This document shows, in pieces, positions 53,970-64,000 of a DNA stretch of 64,000 nucleotides. Numbering within the stretch: the first letter of the stretch is position 1; each line of letters starts with the position of its first letter. The notes under the pieces were generated by a model. The model saw only the letters and a program-made list of their open reading frames with translations, was not told where the DNA came from and ran no database searches. The stretch is from contig JAJXVV010000001.1 of the NCBI GenBank assembly GCA_021781955.1, positions 95,519 to 159,518 on the forward strand. Reading direction: 5' to 3'. The stretch is from a bacterium. Lineage in GTDB: Bacteria > Patescibacteriota > Minisyncoccia > Phycocordibacterales > UBA2100. The position numbers were made by a program, and so were the translations under genes.

Positions 53970-55652
53970 ATGTCTCGCATGGATATCCGATGGCGATTGC
54001 GGGAAGCGCTCGAAAATGCGCTGCGTGATGTGGGTCTCGATATGCCGTTGATCCACATTCCGACACTTGAGCATCCCGCTGAACTCGCTCACGGTGACTA
54101 TTCGTCCAATGTTGGTTTACAGTATGCTAAGGACGCAAAAGCATCGCCAAGTACTCTCGCGGCGAAGCTCGTTGCGGCGTTCGGTGCGATCGAGGGCATA
54201 TCAAAAATTGAGATTGCCGGACCCGGGTTCATCAACTTCTACTTGGCGCCAGAAACCATCGCCGCATCCATAGAACAGGCACGCAGCGATGAGAAATGGG
54301 GGAGCAACATTGCGCTGAAAGATATTAGAATAATGGTCGAGTACACCGACCCCAATCCGTTCAAGGAGTTCCACATCGGCCATCTCATGAGCAACGCGAT
54401 AGGAGAGTCCATTTCGCGCCTGCTTGAATATTCCGGTGCCGATGTGAAGCGCGCCAACTATCAGGGCGACGTGGGTCCGCACGTCGCGAAAGCGATTTGG
54501 GGAATACGAAAGCTGAATGCGGACCCGCATGATCCGTCGCAGCTTGGCCGCGCGTATGCGATCGGCGCGCAAGCGTACGAGAACGACCCTGCGGCGGAAG
54601 CGGACGTCGACGCTATCAACGCGAAAGTCTATGACCGCTCCGATACTGCGATAAACGAATTGTATGCCGCAGGTCGTGCCGCGTCGCTTGAGCATTTCGA
54701 AGAGCTGTATCGTACGCTCGGGACGAGATTCGACCGCTACTTTTTTGAGAGCGAAACAGGCCCGCGCGGCATCGCGCTCGTGCAAGCGCACCCAGAAGTG
54801 TTCGAGAAAAGCGACGGCGCGATCGTGTACAAGGGCGAGAAGGCCGGTCTGCACACACGCGTGTTCGTCACCTCGAAAGGGCTGCCGACGTACGAAGCGA
54901 AAGAGCTTGGCCTCGCCGAGTTGAAGCTGGAGGCGTGGCCTGCCGACGAGTCGATAACGGTGACCGCGCACGAGCAGTCGGACTACTTCGCGGTCGTCGT
55001 TGCGGCGATGAAAGAATTCATGCCCGATGTCGCGAAGCATATTCATCATGTGCCGCACGGCATGATGCGGTTCGCGAGCGGCAAGATGTCGTCGCGCACC
55101 GGCGACGTGATAACGGGCGAATCATTGCTCAACGAATTGCAGGCGACCGCCAAAGAGCGCGCGGCGGAGAGTCGCGCGGACGATATCGGAAAGCTCTCGG
55201 AGCAGATCGCGGTCGCGGCCATCAAGTATCAGGTGCTGCGGCAGGCATCGCACAAGGACATCATCTTCGATCGCGAACGCGCGCTATCGCTTGAGGGCGA
55301 CTCCGGACCGTACCTGCAGTATGCGCACGCACGCGCGTGTGCGGTAGCGGCGAAAGCACAGGAGCAGAGCGTCGAACCAAGGGCGAGCGGAGGAGTAGAG
55401 CCAAGCCATCTCGCGCGGCTGATCCAGCGCTTTCCTGAAATAGTCGAGTACTCAGCTTCGGAACTTGAGCCGCACCTCGTGACCACCTACCTGCTCGAGA
55501 TCGCCTCAGCGTTCAATAGCTGGTACGCGCAGGAGCAGATCGTGGACGGCACCCCGGCGGCGGCGCACAAGGTCGCGCTTACCGAAGCGGTGCGTCGCAC
55601 GCTCAAGAACGGACTTTGGGTACTTGGGATTCCTGCGCCGGAGAAGATGTAG
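53970..55652 (+). CDS. argS: Arginyl-tRNA synthetase
   Basis: Class I HIGH motif HIGHLMSN, anticodon-binding C-terminus ending ...SWYAQEQI; 560 aa. Confidence 0.9.
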   Translation: MSRMDIRWRLREALENALRDVGLDMPLIHIPTLEHPAELAHGDYSSNVGLQYAKDAKASPSTLAAKLVAAFGAIEGISKIEIAGPGFINFYLAPETIAASIEQARSDEKWGSNIALKDIRIMVEYTDPNPFKEFHIGHLMSNAIGESISRLLEYSGADVKRANYQGDVGPHVAKAIWGIRKLNADPHDPSQLGRAYAIGAQAYENDPAAEADVDAINAKVYDRSDTAINELYAAGRAASLEHFEELYRTLGTRFDRYFFESETGPRGIALVQAHPEVFEKSDGAIVYKGEKAGLHTRVFVTSKGLPTYEAKELGLAELKLEAWPADESITVTAHEQSDYFAVVVAAMKEFMPDVAKHIHHVPHGMMRFASGKMSSRTGDVITGESLLNELQATAKERAAESRADDIGKLSEQIAVAAIKYQVLRQASHKDIIFDRERALSLEGDSGPYLQYAHARACAVAAKAQEQSVEPRASGGVEPSHLARLIQRFPEIVEYSASELEPHLVTTYLLEIASAFNSWYAQEQIVDGTPAAAHKVALTEAVRRTLKNGLWVLGIPAPEKM

Positions 55653-55668
55653 GTGATACACTTTCGCG

Positions 55669-57267
55669 ATGCGGCAGGACGAAGCGCTCGAAATTCTCAA
55701 GACCGGCCTCAACGTATTCCTCACGGGCGAGCCGGGCGCCGGCAAGACGCACACGATCGACCGCTACGTACAGTGGTTGCGCGAGCGCGGCGTCGAGGTC
55801 GCCGTTACCGCCTCGACCGGCATCGCGGCCTCGCATCTGGGCGGCATGACCATCCATTCCTGGAGCGGCATCGGGGTAAAGCGCGACGTATCCGACTACG
55901 ATATCGAGCTTATCCGGAGCAAAGAGAAGGTCGCGCGGCGCATCGTCGCCGCGAAAGCACTCATCATCGACGAGATCTCGATGCTCGACGCGTGCACGCT
56001 CGACTCGGTCGATCGCGTATTGCGCACGCTGCGTCGTCGGCCGCTCATGCCGGAGGAGCCCTTCGGGGGCTTGCAGGTCGTCTTCGTCGGAGATTTTTTC
56101 CAGTTGCCGCCGGTCTCGAAAGGGGAACGGCTCGAGTTCGCGTTCACCTCGCGCGCGTGGAAGGAGGCGCGCCCCATCATCTGTTACCTTGCGGAACAAC
56201 ATCGGCAAGAGGACGCTGAATTCCTCGATCTCCTCTCCGCGATGCGGCACGGCACGCTCACGCCGCGACATCGCGCGCGTTTGCGGTCGCGCATGCAGGC
56301 CGACGCTCCCGCCACGGGCGCGGCCAGGCTTTTTACGCACAATGAGAACGTGGATCGCATCAACGCGCAGGCGCTCGGCAAGCTTTCGACGCCGCTCCAC
56401 GTGTTCTCGATGACTGCCCGCGGCCCCAAACAGTTGGTCGAACCGCTCAAGGCGCAATGTCTTTCGCCGGAGGCGCTCGAGCTCAAGGAGGGCGCTGCGG
56501 TCATGTTCACCCGTAATAATTTCGATGCGGGCTATGTGAACGGCACGCTCGCCGAGGTGACCGGCTTCTCCGCGCTCGGCGCGCCGATTGTTCGTACGCG
56601 TGACGGCCGTACGATAGAGGTCGAGCAGGCGGAATGGTCCATACAAGATGGTTCGAGACTGCTCGCGCGGCTCACCCAAGTGCCACTGCGCCTCGCTTGG
56701 GCCATTACCGTGCACAAGAGCCAGGGGCTCTCGCTCGACGCGGCGGTTATCGATCTTTCGCAAGCCTTTGAGTACGGCCAGGGCTATGTAGCGCTCTCGC
56801 GCGTGCGCTCGCTCGAAGGCCTCTACCTCGAAGGTCTCAACGAACGTGCGCTCGAATTGCACCCCACGGTCGCCGCAGCCGACCGGCATTTCCGCGCGTA
56901 TTCCGAGACCGCCCGCAACAAGTTCGCCGCATTGCCACGGGCCGAGAAGGACAAGCTCCACCGGAATTTCTTGCGCGCTATCGAGGCGAAGGAGCCGCCA
57001 CCGACCTCGGGCGGGCACATCAATGTGCCCAAACGGACACTCGATGAACTGAAGGCGAAGCACCCGAACGCGGGTAAAGCGTGGAACAAGGAGGACGACG
57101 AAACATTGCGCCGATTGTTCGCCGATGGCACGGCCCACAAGGACATCGCCAAACATTTCGGCCGCAAGCCGTCGGCCATCCGCGCGCGCCTCGGCCACCT
57201 CGGACTCGTTGAGGACTACTGGGCGAAGAAACGGAAGCGCGACGCATCGCGCCTATCGGCGAGGTGA
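55669..57267 (+). CDS. PIF1/RecD-like superfamily 1 DNA helicase with C-terminal basic/HTH-like tail
   Basis: Walker A LTGEPGAGKTHTI, motif LIIDEISMLD, QFFQLPPV, ITVHKSQGLSLD (PIF1/RecD2 motifs). Confidence 0.75.
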   Translation: MRQDEALEILKTGLNVFLTGEPGAGKTHTIDRYVQWLRERGVEVAVTASTGIAASHLGGMTIHSWSGIGVKRDVSDYDIELIRSKEKVARRIVAAKALIIDEISMLDACTLDSVDRVLRTLRRRPLMPEEPFGGLQVVFVGDFFQLPPVSKGERLEFAFTSRAWKEARPIICYLAEQHRQEDAEFLDLLSAMRHGTLTPRHRARLRSRMQADAPATGAARLFTHNENVDRINAQALGKLSTPLHVFSMTARGPKQLVEPLKAQCLSPEALELKEGAAVMFTRNNFDAGYVNGTLAEVTGFSALGAPIVRTRDGRTIEVEQAEWSIQDGSRLLARLTQVPLRLAWAITVHKSQGLSLDAAVIDLSQAFEYGQGYVALSRVRSLEGLYLEGLNERALELHPTVAAADRHFRAYSETARNKFAALPRAEKDKLHRNFLRAIEAKEPPPTSGGHINVPKRTLDELKAKHPNAGKAWNKEDDETLRRLFADGTAHKDIAKHFGRKPSAIRARLGHLGLVEDYWAKKRKRDASRLSAR

Positions 57268-57451
57268 AATTTTTCTTGGATGTGGTGTGTATATCTGGTA
57301 TCCGCTCATCGAGAAACCGCAGTGAAGGGAGTAGGTAAAGTGGACGCTGACACAAGAAGAAAGATCGGAACTCTGCCCGCCAACGCCACTCATTGAAATG
57401 CTCCCCGTTCTTCAAACGGCGGCGTAAGCTTTCACAGAAACGGAGGTTCGA

Positions 57452-57691
57452 ATGGATCCGAAAAAAGCACGGCAATTCCAGCTGCTCGCAGAAATGAAAG
57501 GCTTGTACGCGAAGTGCGGCCCAGACGAGGATAGGACGGTCCGCATCTTGCAAACAGGCGGTAAGGTTTTCGCGAGCGTATCACAAGCGGCAGGCGGCAC
57601 ATTCGAGATCGTGATCGGAAACAAAACGCATACGGAACCAGACTTTCCCAAGTGTTTTGACAAGCTCTGCGACGCGCTCGACGGTTTTTAG
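57452..57691 (+). CDS. Small hypothetical protein (79 aa)
   Basis: Good SD GGAGG 7 nt upstream of the ATG; no family signature. Confidence 0.4.
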   Translation: MDPKKARQFQLLAEMKGLYAKCGPDEDRTVRILQTGGKVFASVSQAAGGTFEIVIGNKTHTEPDFPKCFDKLCDALDGF

Positions 57692-57893
57692 AGCACGCGG
57701 TCGTTCTTTCGGAACCTGCTGCGGATGATTCCGTGGCAGGTTTTCTTTTCGCATACCTCTTGGCGGTTTGTGACGTATCCGGGGGAACGCGTCTTGCCCG
57801 ACGAGCTCGATCGAGATCATCGAGGCCAGACGTCGAAAGGTCGGGCGTGCTCCCGCGCTGTGATTTTATGGCCGAAGTGCTATAGTTTTGCGC

Positions 57894-60716
57894 ATGTCGG
57901 ATACACCGCATTCGCATACAGCCCCCGGCTCTGGTCCCGTAAAGAGCGAGGTCGCGCTGCGCGAAGAAGCGATACAGACTTTCTGGCGGGAACGCGGCAT
58001 TTTCCAAAAAACGCTCGAGAAAAAGAGCCAGAAGGGCGAGTTCGTTTTCTACGAGGGTCCGCCGACCGCCAACGGTCGCCCTGGCATCCACCACCTCGAG
58101 AGCCGAGCGTTCAAGGACGCCATCCTCCGCTATCGCGTCATGTGCGGCTACCATGCGCGCCGCAAGGGCGGCTGGGACACGCACGGGCTGCCCGTCGAGC
58201 TCGAAGTCGAGAAAGAGATCGGCAGCAAAAGCAAAAAAGACATCGAAGCGTACGGCATCGCCAAGTTCAACGCCAAGTGCAAGGAGAGCGTGCTGCGCTA
58301 CATCGACGAGTGGCAGACGTTCTCCGATCGCATCGCGTTCTGGAATCACGACGCGTATTTCACGTTCGACAATGACTACATTGAATCGGTGTGGAATATT
58401 CTGAAGACCGCGCACAGTCGCTCGCTCATCGAGAAGGACTACAAGGTCGTGCCGTGGTGCCCGCGCTGCGGGACCGCTCTCTCTTCGCACGAGGTCGCGC
58501 AGGGATACGCCGAGGCGAAGGACCCGGCTGTGTACGTGAAGTTCAAGGTCGCCGACAAGTCCGACGAGTACATCCTCGCGTGGACGACGACGCCGTGGAC
58601 CTTGCCGGGCAACGTCGCGCTCGCGGTCGGCGCGGACATCGAGTACGTAAAAGTGCGCGAAGGCCGCGACATGCTCTGGCTCGCCAAAGCGCGGCTCGCG
58701 GCGGTCTTGCCCGATGCGCGCGTCATTGCCGAGAAGAAGGGGAGCGAGCTCGTGGGCATGGCGTACGAACCGCTCTACCCCTTCCTCAGGGACACGGCGC
58801 CCGCGTCGCAGCGTACCGCGTTCGAGAAGGCGTATCAGGTGTATGCGGCCGAATTCGTTTCCACTGAAGATGGGACGGGCATCGTGCACACCGCGGTCAT
58901 GTATGGGGCTGACGACTTCGAGCTTGGTTCGAGGCTCGGGCTTCCGAAGCACCACGTGGTCAACGAGGACGGCACGTTCTCGCACCATGCGGGCCCCTTT
59001 GCGGGGCTCTTCGTGAAGAAGGCCGACGGTCCGATCATGGAAGACCTTCGCGCGCGCGGTCTTCTCTACAAGCATGAAACGATCGAGCACACGTACCCCT
59101 TCTGTTGGCGCTGCAAGACGCCGCTCCTCTATTATGCGCGCGACTCGTGGTACATCCGCATGTCGTCGCTCAAACAAGACCTCATTCGCGAGAACCAAAA
59201 GATACATTGGGAACCGGAGCACATCCGCGACGGCCGTTTCGGCGAGTGGCTCAAAGACCTCAAGGATTGGGCGATATCGCGGAATCGTTACTGGGGTACG
59301 CCGCTGCCGTTTTGGGAGTGCGGGACCTGCAAGCAGTTCACCGTGCTCGGGAGCATGCAAGAGCTCAAGGAGCGATCGCGCGAGCGCGTGCCGGACAACC
59401 TCGATCTGCACCGACCCTTCGTCGACACGTACACCATTGATTGTGCGTGTGGCGGAGTCATGCGACGCGTGCCGGAGGTGCTCGACGTGTGGTTCGATTC
59501 CGGCGCGATGCCGTTCGCGCAGGACCACTATCCTTTTGCGACGAACGAGCCGCGCTACCCCGCCGATTACATCTGCGAAGCGATCGACCAGACCCGCGGC
59601 TGGTTCTACACGCTGCACGCGGTCGGCTGTCTCATGGGCCGCGGCCGCGCGTTCAACAACGCTATCTGTCTCGGCCACATCCTCGACTCGAAAGGCAAGA
59701 AGATGTCGAAGTCGATCGGCAACGTTGTTGTGCCGCAGGTCGCCATCGATAAGTACGGCGTCGACGCGCTGCGATACTTCATGTACACGGTCAACGCGCC
59801 GGGCGAGAGCAAGAATTTCGATGAGCGCCTGGTGGACGAGATCGTGAAGAAGCACCTCGGTCGTCTCAACAACGTGCTTTCGTTCCTCAAGCTCTACGAT
59901 GATGGCGCATCGCGCGGTGCCGCGAGCGCACACGTGCTCGATCGCTGGATACTCGCTCGGCTCGAAGAGCTGACGGAAGAAATGACCCGTAGCTTCGAGC
60001 GCTACCAGCTCGATGCCGCGATGCGGCCGCTCGCCGCGTTCATCGACGACCTGTCGGTGTGGTACCTGCGCCGCTCGCGCGATCGCTTCAAGGGAGAGGG
60101 GAGCGGCAAGCAAGCCGCGCTCGCGACGCTGCGCCATGTGCTCTACACTACCGCGCTCCTCATGGCGCCCGGGATGCCGTTCTACGCCGAACACCTCTTC
60201 CAGGCCGTCCGTGGCGCGGACGATGCGGAGAGCGTGCATCTTGCGGCATGGCCCGCTACTCGAAAAAAAAGCTCTTGGTTCGGGAAATTACTCGGGAAAA
60301 AAGATGACGTACTCACTGACATGAAAGCGGCTCGGCTTATCGTGACGCAGGCGCTCGAGGCGCGCGATAAGGCCGGTATTAAAGTGCGTCAGCCGCTCGC
60401 GCTCCTCACCGTTCCGGCGAGCTCGGCGCTTTCGCAGGAGTATCTCGATATCATCGCTGACGAGGTGAACGTGAAGAAAGTCGAGAAGAAAAGCGATGCG
60501 GTGGCGCTCGATACGAGCATGACCGAAGCGCTCAAAGCGGAAGGCGTCGTGCGCGATTTCGTGCGCGAGGTGCAGGCGTACCGCAAGGCGCAGAAATTGA
60601 AGCCCGGCGAGCCGACGATCTACGAGGCGAGCGTTTCGCCCGAAAAGCGCGCGGTCATCGAGCGGGAGCTCGACGCTATCCAAAAGGCCACGCACACGAC
60701 CATCGAACTTACCTAG
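57894..60716 (+). CDS. ileS: Isoleucyl-tRNA synthetase
   Basis: HIGH-region PPTANGRPGIHH, editing CP1 domain, KMSKSIGN, WISRNRYWGTPLP-type motif; ~941 aa. Confidence 0.95.
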   Translation: MSDTPHSHTAPGSGPVKSEVALREEAIQTFWRERGIFQKTLEKKSQKGEFVFYEGPPTANGRPGIHHLESRAFKDAILRYRVMCGYHARRKGGWDTHGLPVELEVEKEIGSKSKKDIEAYGIAKFNAKCKESVLRYIDEWQTFSDRIAFWNHDAYFTFDNDYIESVWNILKTAHSRSLIEKDYKVVPWCPRCGTALSSHEVAQGYAEAKDPAVYVKFKVADKSDEYILAWTTTPWTLPGNVALAVGADIEYVKVREGRDMLWLAKARLAAVLPDARVIAEKKGSELVGMAYEPLYPFLRDTAPASQRTAFEKAYQVYAAEFVSTEDGTGIVHTAVMYGADDFELGSRLGLPKHHVVNEDGTFSHHAGPFAGLFVKKADGPIMEDLRARGLLYKHETIEHTYPFCWRCKTPLLYYARDSWYIRMSSLKQDLIRENQKIHWEPEHIRDGRFGEWLKDLKDWAISRNRYWGTPLPFWECGTCKQFTVLGSMQELKERSRERVPDNLDLHRPFVDTYTIDCACGGVMRRVPEVLDVWFDSGAMPFAQDHYPFATNEPRYPADYICEAIDQTRGWFYTLHAVGCLMGRGRAFNNAICLGHILDSKGKKMSKSIGNVVVPQVAIDKYGVDALRYFMYTVNAPGESKNFDERLVDEIVKKHLGRLNNVLSFLKLYDDGASRGAASAHVLDRWILARLEELTEEMTRSFERYQLDAAMRPLAAFIDDLSVWYLRRSRDRFKGEGSGKQAALATLRHVLYTTALLMAPGMPFYAEHLFQAVRGADDAESVHLAAWPATRKKSSWFGKLLGKKDDVLTDMKAARLIVTQALEARDKAGIKVRQPLALLTVPASSALSQEYLDIIADEVNVKKVEKKSDAVALDTSMTEALKAEGVVRDFVREVQAYRKAQKLKPGEPTIYEASVSPEKRAVIERELDAIQKATHTTIELT

Positions 60717-60719
60717 TGC

Positions 60720-61295
60720 ATGTACCAGAAGTACCAAACCGAGGCGCTGGTCTTGGGAAGCCGCGAGCGAGGCGAAGCGGATCGCGTGTACACGCTCTAC
60801 ACGCAGGATTTCGGACTCGTACGTGCCCGCGCGAGCGCGGTGAGGCGCGAATCTTCGAAGATGCGGTACGCGCTTCAGCACTGCTCGCGCGCCATGGTGG
60901 CGCTCGTAAAAGGGAAGCACGGCTGGCGCGCGGCGGGCGCGAGCGCCGCCGCAACGCTTGGCGGCGGCGATGCCGGCACTGCCGCGTTCGCGCGCATCGC
61001 ATCGCTGGCGCTCCGCCTCGTGCAGGGGACCGAGCGCAACGACTACCTCTTTGCCGCGCTTTCCGAGGCGCACGAAGCGCTGCGCACGGCGGGGGACCAG
61101 TCGATTGCCGGCACGATAGAGGTCGTGTGCGTCGCGCGCGTGCTCTACGCGCTCGGATACCTATCCACGGAAGCGCTCTCCACCGCGCTCTTTACCCACA
61201 CCGCTTACACCGGGGAGTCGCTCCTCGAGGCGGAGACGCTCAAGGACAAGTTGCTCGTATCCATCAACAAGGCGATTGCGGAAACGCAACTCTAA
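60720..61295 (+). CDS. recO: DNA repair protein RecO (short form, 191 aa)
   Basis: N-terminal OB-fold signature YQTEALVLGSRERGEADRVYTLYTQDFGLVRARA. Confidence 0.65.
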   Translation: MYQKYQTEALVLGSRERGEADRVYTLYTQDFGLVRARASAVRRESSKMRYALQHCSRAMVALVKGKHGWRAAGASAAATLGGGDAGTAAFARIASLALRLVQGTERNDYLFAALSEAHEALRTAGDQSIAGTIEVVCVARVLYALGYLSTEALSTALFTHTAYTGESLLEAETLKDKLLVSINKAIAETQL

Positions 61296-61309
61296 GGTAG
61301 GCTGATAGC

Positions 61310-61744
61310 ATGGTCACCGTCGGACGGATCACGACGCCGCAGGGCATCGCTCTTGAGGATATCGCCGCGCTCCTCTCGCAACTGAGGCGCTCGCCGGGCG
61401 ATTGGAACGGCACCAAAGAGGATGTAGAACGCGCGATTAACGACACGCGCACTATTTTTATCGTTGCGCGTGACGGAAGCAAGGTCGTCGGCATGGGCAT
61501 GGTATTTATGGCGCCAAAATTCGGTGAAGCTCTTGGGTTTGTCGAAAATATCGTGGTGCTCGATTCGTACCGGAGCAAAGGCCTGGGGCGCACGATCATG
61601 GAACTGGTGATCGACGAATCCCGGAAGGCTGGCGTCACCAGGCTCGACCTTACCAGTAATCCGAGCCGCGTCGCCGCGAATGCGTTGTACCAGAGTCTGG
61701 GTTTTGAGAAACGGGATACCAACGTCTATCTTTTACACGTGTAA
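61310..61744 (+). CDS. GNAT-family N-acetyltransferase
   Basis: Acetyl-CoA binding motif VVLDSYRSKGLGRTIMELVI and C-terminal YQSLGFE. Confidence 0.8.
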   Translation: MVTVGRITTPQGIALEDIAALLSQLRRSPGDWNGTKEDVERAINDTRTIFIVARDGSKVVGMGMVFMAPKFGEALGFVENIVVLDSYRSKGLGRTIMELVIDESRKAGVTRLDLTSNPSRVAANALYQSLGFEKRDTNVYLLHV

Positions 61745-61764
61745 GCAGTGGTAGAATTACGGCC

Positions 61765-63747
61765 ATGGAAGGCTCCGAGCATGATGCGGAGAAGATAGAG
61801 CGTCTGCGCCGCGCGATGTACTCGCGCGCCCTCTCAGAGAATCTCCAAGACAAGCCGCGGCGCGAGCTCGATGCCGAGGGCGCTCAGGTGCCGGAGGATT
61901 TCGTACGAGAGGCGGATGCGGGTTCGCCGCAAACTATCGTCGCGCCGCGCGCGATCGGCATCGTGCGTGCGGCGCTCTGGTGGCTGCTCGCGGCAGCGCT
62001 CGTGTTCTTCTTGGCCTCGCTCGCGTTCTTCGGGTACTACTTTTTCTTCGGTCCGGGGAGTGGCGACGCCTCGTCGTCCAATATCGATATCGCCATTTCT
62101 GGCCCGCCGCAGGTAGAGGGAGGCGCGCCCGCCGAGTTCCAGATATCGGTCGGCAATCGGAACAAGGTGCCCATCGAACTCGCCGACCTTGTCATTACGT
62201 ACCCAGACGGCACGCGCTCGCCAGCCGACTACGTAACGTCGCTCACGAATCAGCGCATCCCGCTCGGCACGATCGAGAGCGGCGGCGTGCGACAGGGGAC
62301 CGTCTCTGCAGTGCTTTCCGGCACTGCGGGGCAGACCGCCGATATCAAGGTCGAACTCGACTACCACATCGGCGGTTCGAGCGCGATATTCACTGCCAAT
62401 ACCGATTACACGGTGACCTTCAGTTCGGCGCCGCTCGGCATCTCCGTCGACGGCAACTCGGAAGCGATATCCGGCCAGCCGGTGCAACTCGCGGTGACGG
62501 TATCTTCCAACACCGACGCGCCGGTCAAGGACGTGCTTTTGAGCGCGACGTATCCATTCGGCTTCAAGTTCAACTCCTCGGTGCCCGCGCCGACGCAGAA
62601 CGGCATCTGGGCGATCGGCGACCTCAACCCCGGCGACAAAAAGATCGTGACCATCAACGGCACGCTCACCGGCACGAAAGGCGACCAGCGCGTCTTTCGC
62701 TTCGACGCCGGCACGCGGGTCGACTCCGCTTCTTCCACGATCAGCACGCAGCTCGCCGATCTTGCGTACACGACGACCATTACGCAGCCGTTCCTCGATC
62801 TCACGAGCGTGGTCAACGGTTCTCCGGGCACCGTCGTTCTCTCGCCAGGCGATAGCGTGACCGTCACGATCGGTTGGCAGAATAACCTCTCGACCCCGAT
62901 CACGAGCGCCGCTATCGTCGCGCAGCTCACGGGTCTCCAAATTGACGGCACGACCGTGAAAGCGACCAATGGTTTCTACCGTTCGACACAAAATGTCGTC
63001 TTATGGGACAAGTCGACCGATCCGGACCTCGCGACCATCGCGCCCGGAGCGAAAGGCACCGTTTCGTTCTCGTTCCAGGTGCCGACGAGCGGTCAGCTCG
63101 CGTCGACAACGAGTCCGCATCTCGATATATCGGTGAATGTCGCGGGCAACCGCTTGTCGGAGAGCGGCGTACCCGAGAACCTGCAATCGGCAGTGAGCCA
63201 GGAGATCGCGATCGCGAGCGACCTGCAGCTCGCGGCGCAGGGTCTCTACTACACCAATCCGTTCGGCACGAGCGGTCCTATACCGCCCAAAGCCGGCAGC
63301 GAGACCAATTACGCGATACTCTTCACGCTCACCAACTCGACCAACCAGATAACCAACGGGCAGGTCACGGCCTCGTTGCCGCCCTATGTTCGTTGGGTCG
63401 GTATCTACAGTCCCAATACCGAGAAAGTATCCTTCGATCAGGTGCGCGGCACCGTGACGTGGGATCTTGGCACGATCAACCCCGGGGCGGGGCTCAATGG
63501 CACGCCGTCGCGTCAGATGGCGATAGACATAGGCTTTACGCCCTCAACGAGCCAGATCGGCCAGCAGCCACCGCTCCTGCAGCAGATCACGTTCACGGGC
63601 ATCGATAGCTCCACCGGCGCTGCCATCAAGCGCACGACATCATCGGACGTGACCACCAATCTCCTCCAGGTTGCGAAGACGAGCAACGCGGTCGTGGTCG
63701 GCACGGATACGGGCTTTTCGGCGGCTAATGCGGACGTGGTAAAGTAG
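61765..63747 (+). CDS. Large membrane-anchored surface protein with repeated beta-sandwich (CARDB/DUF11-like) domains
   Basis: Cytoplasmic N-terminus, one TM ([26 protein letters not shown]), ~560 aa of repeated T/S/V/G-rich beta-type modules. Confidence 0.55.
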   Translation: MEGSEHDAEKIERLRRAMYSRALSENLQDKPRRELDAEGAQVPEDFVREADAGSPQTIVAPRAIGIVRAALWWLLAAALVFFLASLAFFGYYFFFGPGSGDASSSNIDIAISGPPQVEGGAPAEFQISVGNRNKVPIELADLVITYPDGTRSPADYVTSLTNQRIPLGTIESGGVRQGTVSAVLSGTAGQTADIKVELDYHIGGSSAIFTANTDYTVTFSSAPLGISVDGNSEAISGQPVQLAVTVSSNTDAPVKDVLLSATYPFGFKFNSSVPAPTQNGIWAIGDLNPGDKKIVTINGTLTGTKGDQRVFRFDAGTRVDSASSTISTQLADLAYTTTITQPFLDLTSVVNGSPGTVVLSPGDSVTVTIGWQNNLSTPITSAAIVAQLTGLQIDGTTVKATNGFYRSTQNVVLWDKSTDPDLATIAPGAKGTVSFSFQVPTSGQLASTTSPHLDISVNVAGNRLSESGVPENLQSAVSQEIAIASDLQLAAQGLYYTNPFGTSGPIPPKAGSETNYAILFTLTNSTNQITNGQVTASLPPYVRWVGIYSPNTEKVSFDQVRGTVTWDLGTINPGAGLNGTPSRQMAIDIGFTPSTSQIGQQPPLLQQITFTGIDSSTGAAIKRTTSSDVTTNLLQVAKTSNAVVVGTDTGFSAANADVVK

Positions 63748-63751
63748 CGCC

Positions 63752-64000
63752 ATGCCGGAGGACCGAATGGAGAAGATCGTCTCGCTCGCGAAGCGCCGCG
63801 GCTTTATCTACCCCGGCTCCGAGATCTACGGCGGCTTCTCGGGTTTTTGGGACTATGGTCCGTACGGCATCGAGCTCAAGAACAACATCAAGCAACTCTG
63901 GTGGCGAATGTTTGTGCAGGAGCGCGAAGACATGTGCGGCGTCGATGCGGCCATCATCATGAATCCGGAGGCGTGGAAGGCGAGCGGGCACGTTGCCGGT
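63752..64000 (+). CDS. glyQS: Glycyl-tRNA synthetase (alpha2 dimeric type), 3'-truncated at the window edge
   Basis: [38 protein letters not shown] matches the class II GlyRS N-terminus. Confidence 0.85.
   Translation, partial: MPEDRMEKIVSLAKRRGFIYPGSEIYGGFSGFWDYGPYGIELKNNIKQLWWRMFVQEREDMCGVDAAIIMNPEAWKASGHVAG

Noticed and set aside
57692-57893. Possible T-box riboswitch leader upstream of ileS
   Set aside because: No AGGGUGGNACCGCG T-box sequence or specifier-loop architecture visible. Only generic GC-rich leader.
57432-60239. 935 aa minus-strand ORF antisense to ileS
   Set aside because: Arg/Ala/Gly/Pro-rich, no motifs. Typical spurious long antisense ORF in high-GC DNA; the plus-strand ileS has unmistakable class I motifs.
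1-64000. CRISPR arrays, integrases, transposases or prophage genes
   Set aside because: No direct-repeat/spacer periodicity, and no recombinase or phage structural signatures in any frame. The T4SS-like operon is therefore not obviously on a mobile element.

Overview
This 64 kb window is high-GC bacterial chromosome spanning the replication origin. The core origin arrangement is present: jag-yidC-rnpA-rpmH on the minus strand, then dnaA-dnaN on the plus strand, with an AT-rich cluster of DnaA-box-like motifs between dnaA and dnaN. Many proteins are shortened (YebC, RecO, Mur ligase, pol I), core operons are dispersed (ruvC, ruvB, ruvA and ruvX sit at four separate loci; rplK is followed by argS instead of rplA), and the window is rich in secreted low-complexity proteins, type IV pilus genes and a T4SS-like operon. 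By inference only, this fits a reduced-genome lineage such as CPR/Patescibacteria; the sequence cannot prove that.

The main feature is a tightly packed, translationally coupled nine-gene operon at 1..9784 encoding a type IV secretion-like apparatus. It contains a VirB6/TrbL-like polytopic membrane protein with a roughly 330 aa charged coiled-coil tail, a PrgI/VirB3-like two-TM protein, a VirB4/TrbE ATPase split into two ORFs, two secreted beta-rich proteins and a TrbC/VirB2-like pilin. No coupling protein, relaxase or VirB11 lies between the operon and the origin.

Other content: type IV pilus genes (pilB at one locus, pilM/N/O at another); replication and repair genes (dnaA, dnaN, polA, a holA-like ORF, ruvA/B/C/X, recO, a PIF1/RecD-like helicase); peptidoglycan genes (PBP1A, a Mur ligase); translation genes (rpmH, rpsT, rplS, rplK, argS, ileS, glyQS start, tsaE and 7 tRNAs); secE-nusG; a putative flavin-salvage trio (RibL-like nucleotidyltransferase, DMT transporter, riboflavin kinase); an ECF sigma/anti-sigma pair; a tandem pair of GT2 glycosyltransferases with DedA and PAP2 membrane proteins; and several secreted Thr/Ser/Gln-rich proteins that share a 2-Cys Ig-like C-terminal domain.

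Candidate non-coding elements: a roughly 215 nt structured sRNA with a near-consensus promoter and intrinsic terminator (20.0 kb); a second DnaA-box array followed by a strong terminator (18.0-18.4 kb); and a 19 bp palindrome present twice. High-GC antisense ORFs in the track are abundant and were treated as spurious.
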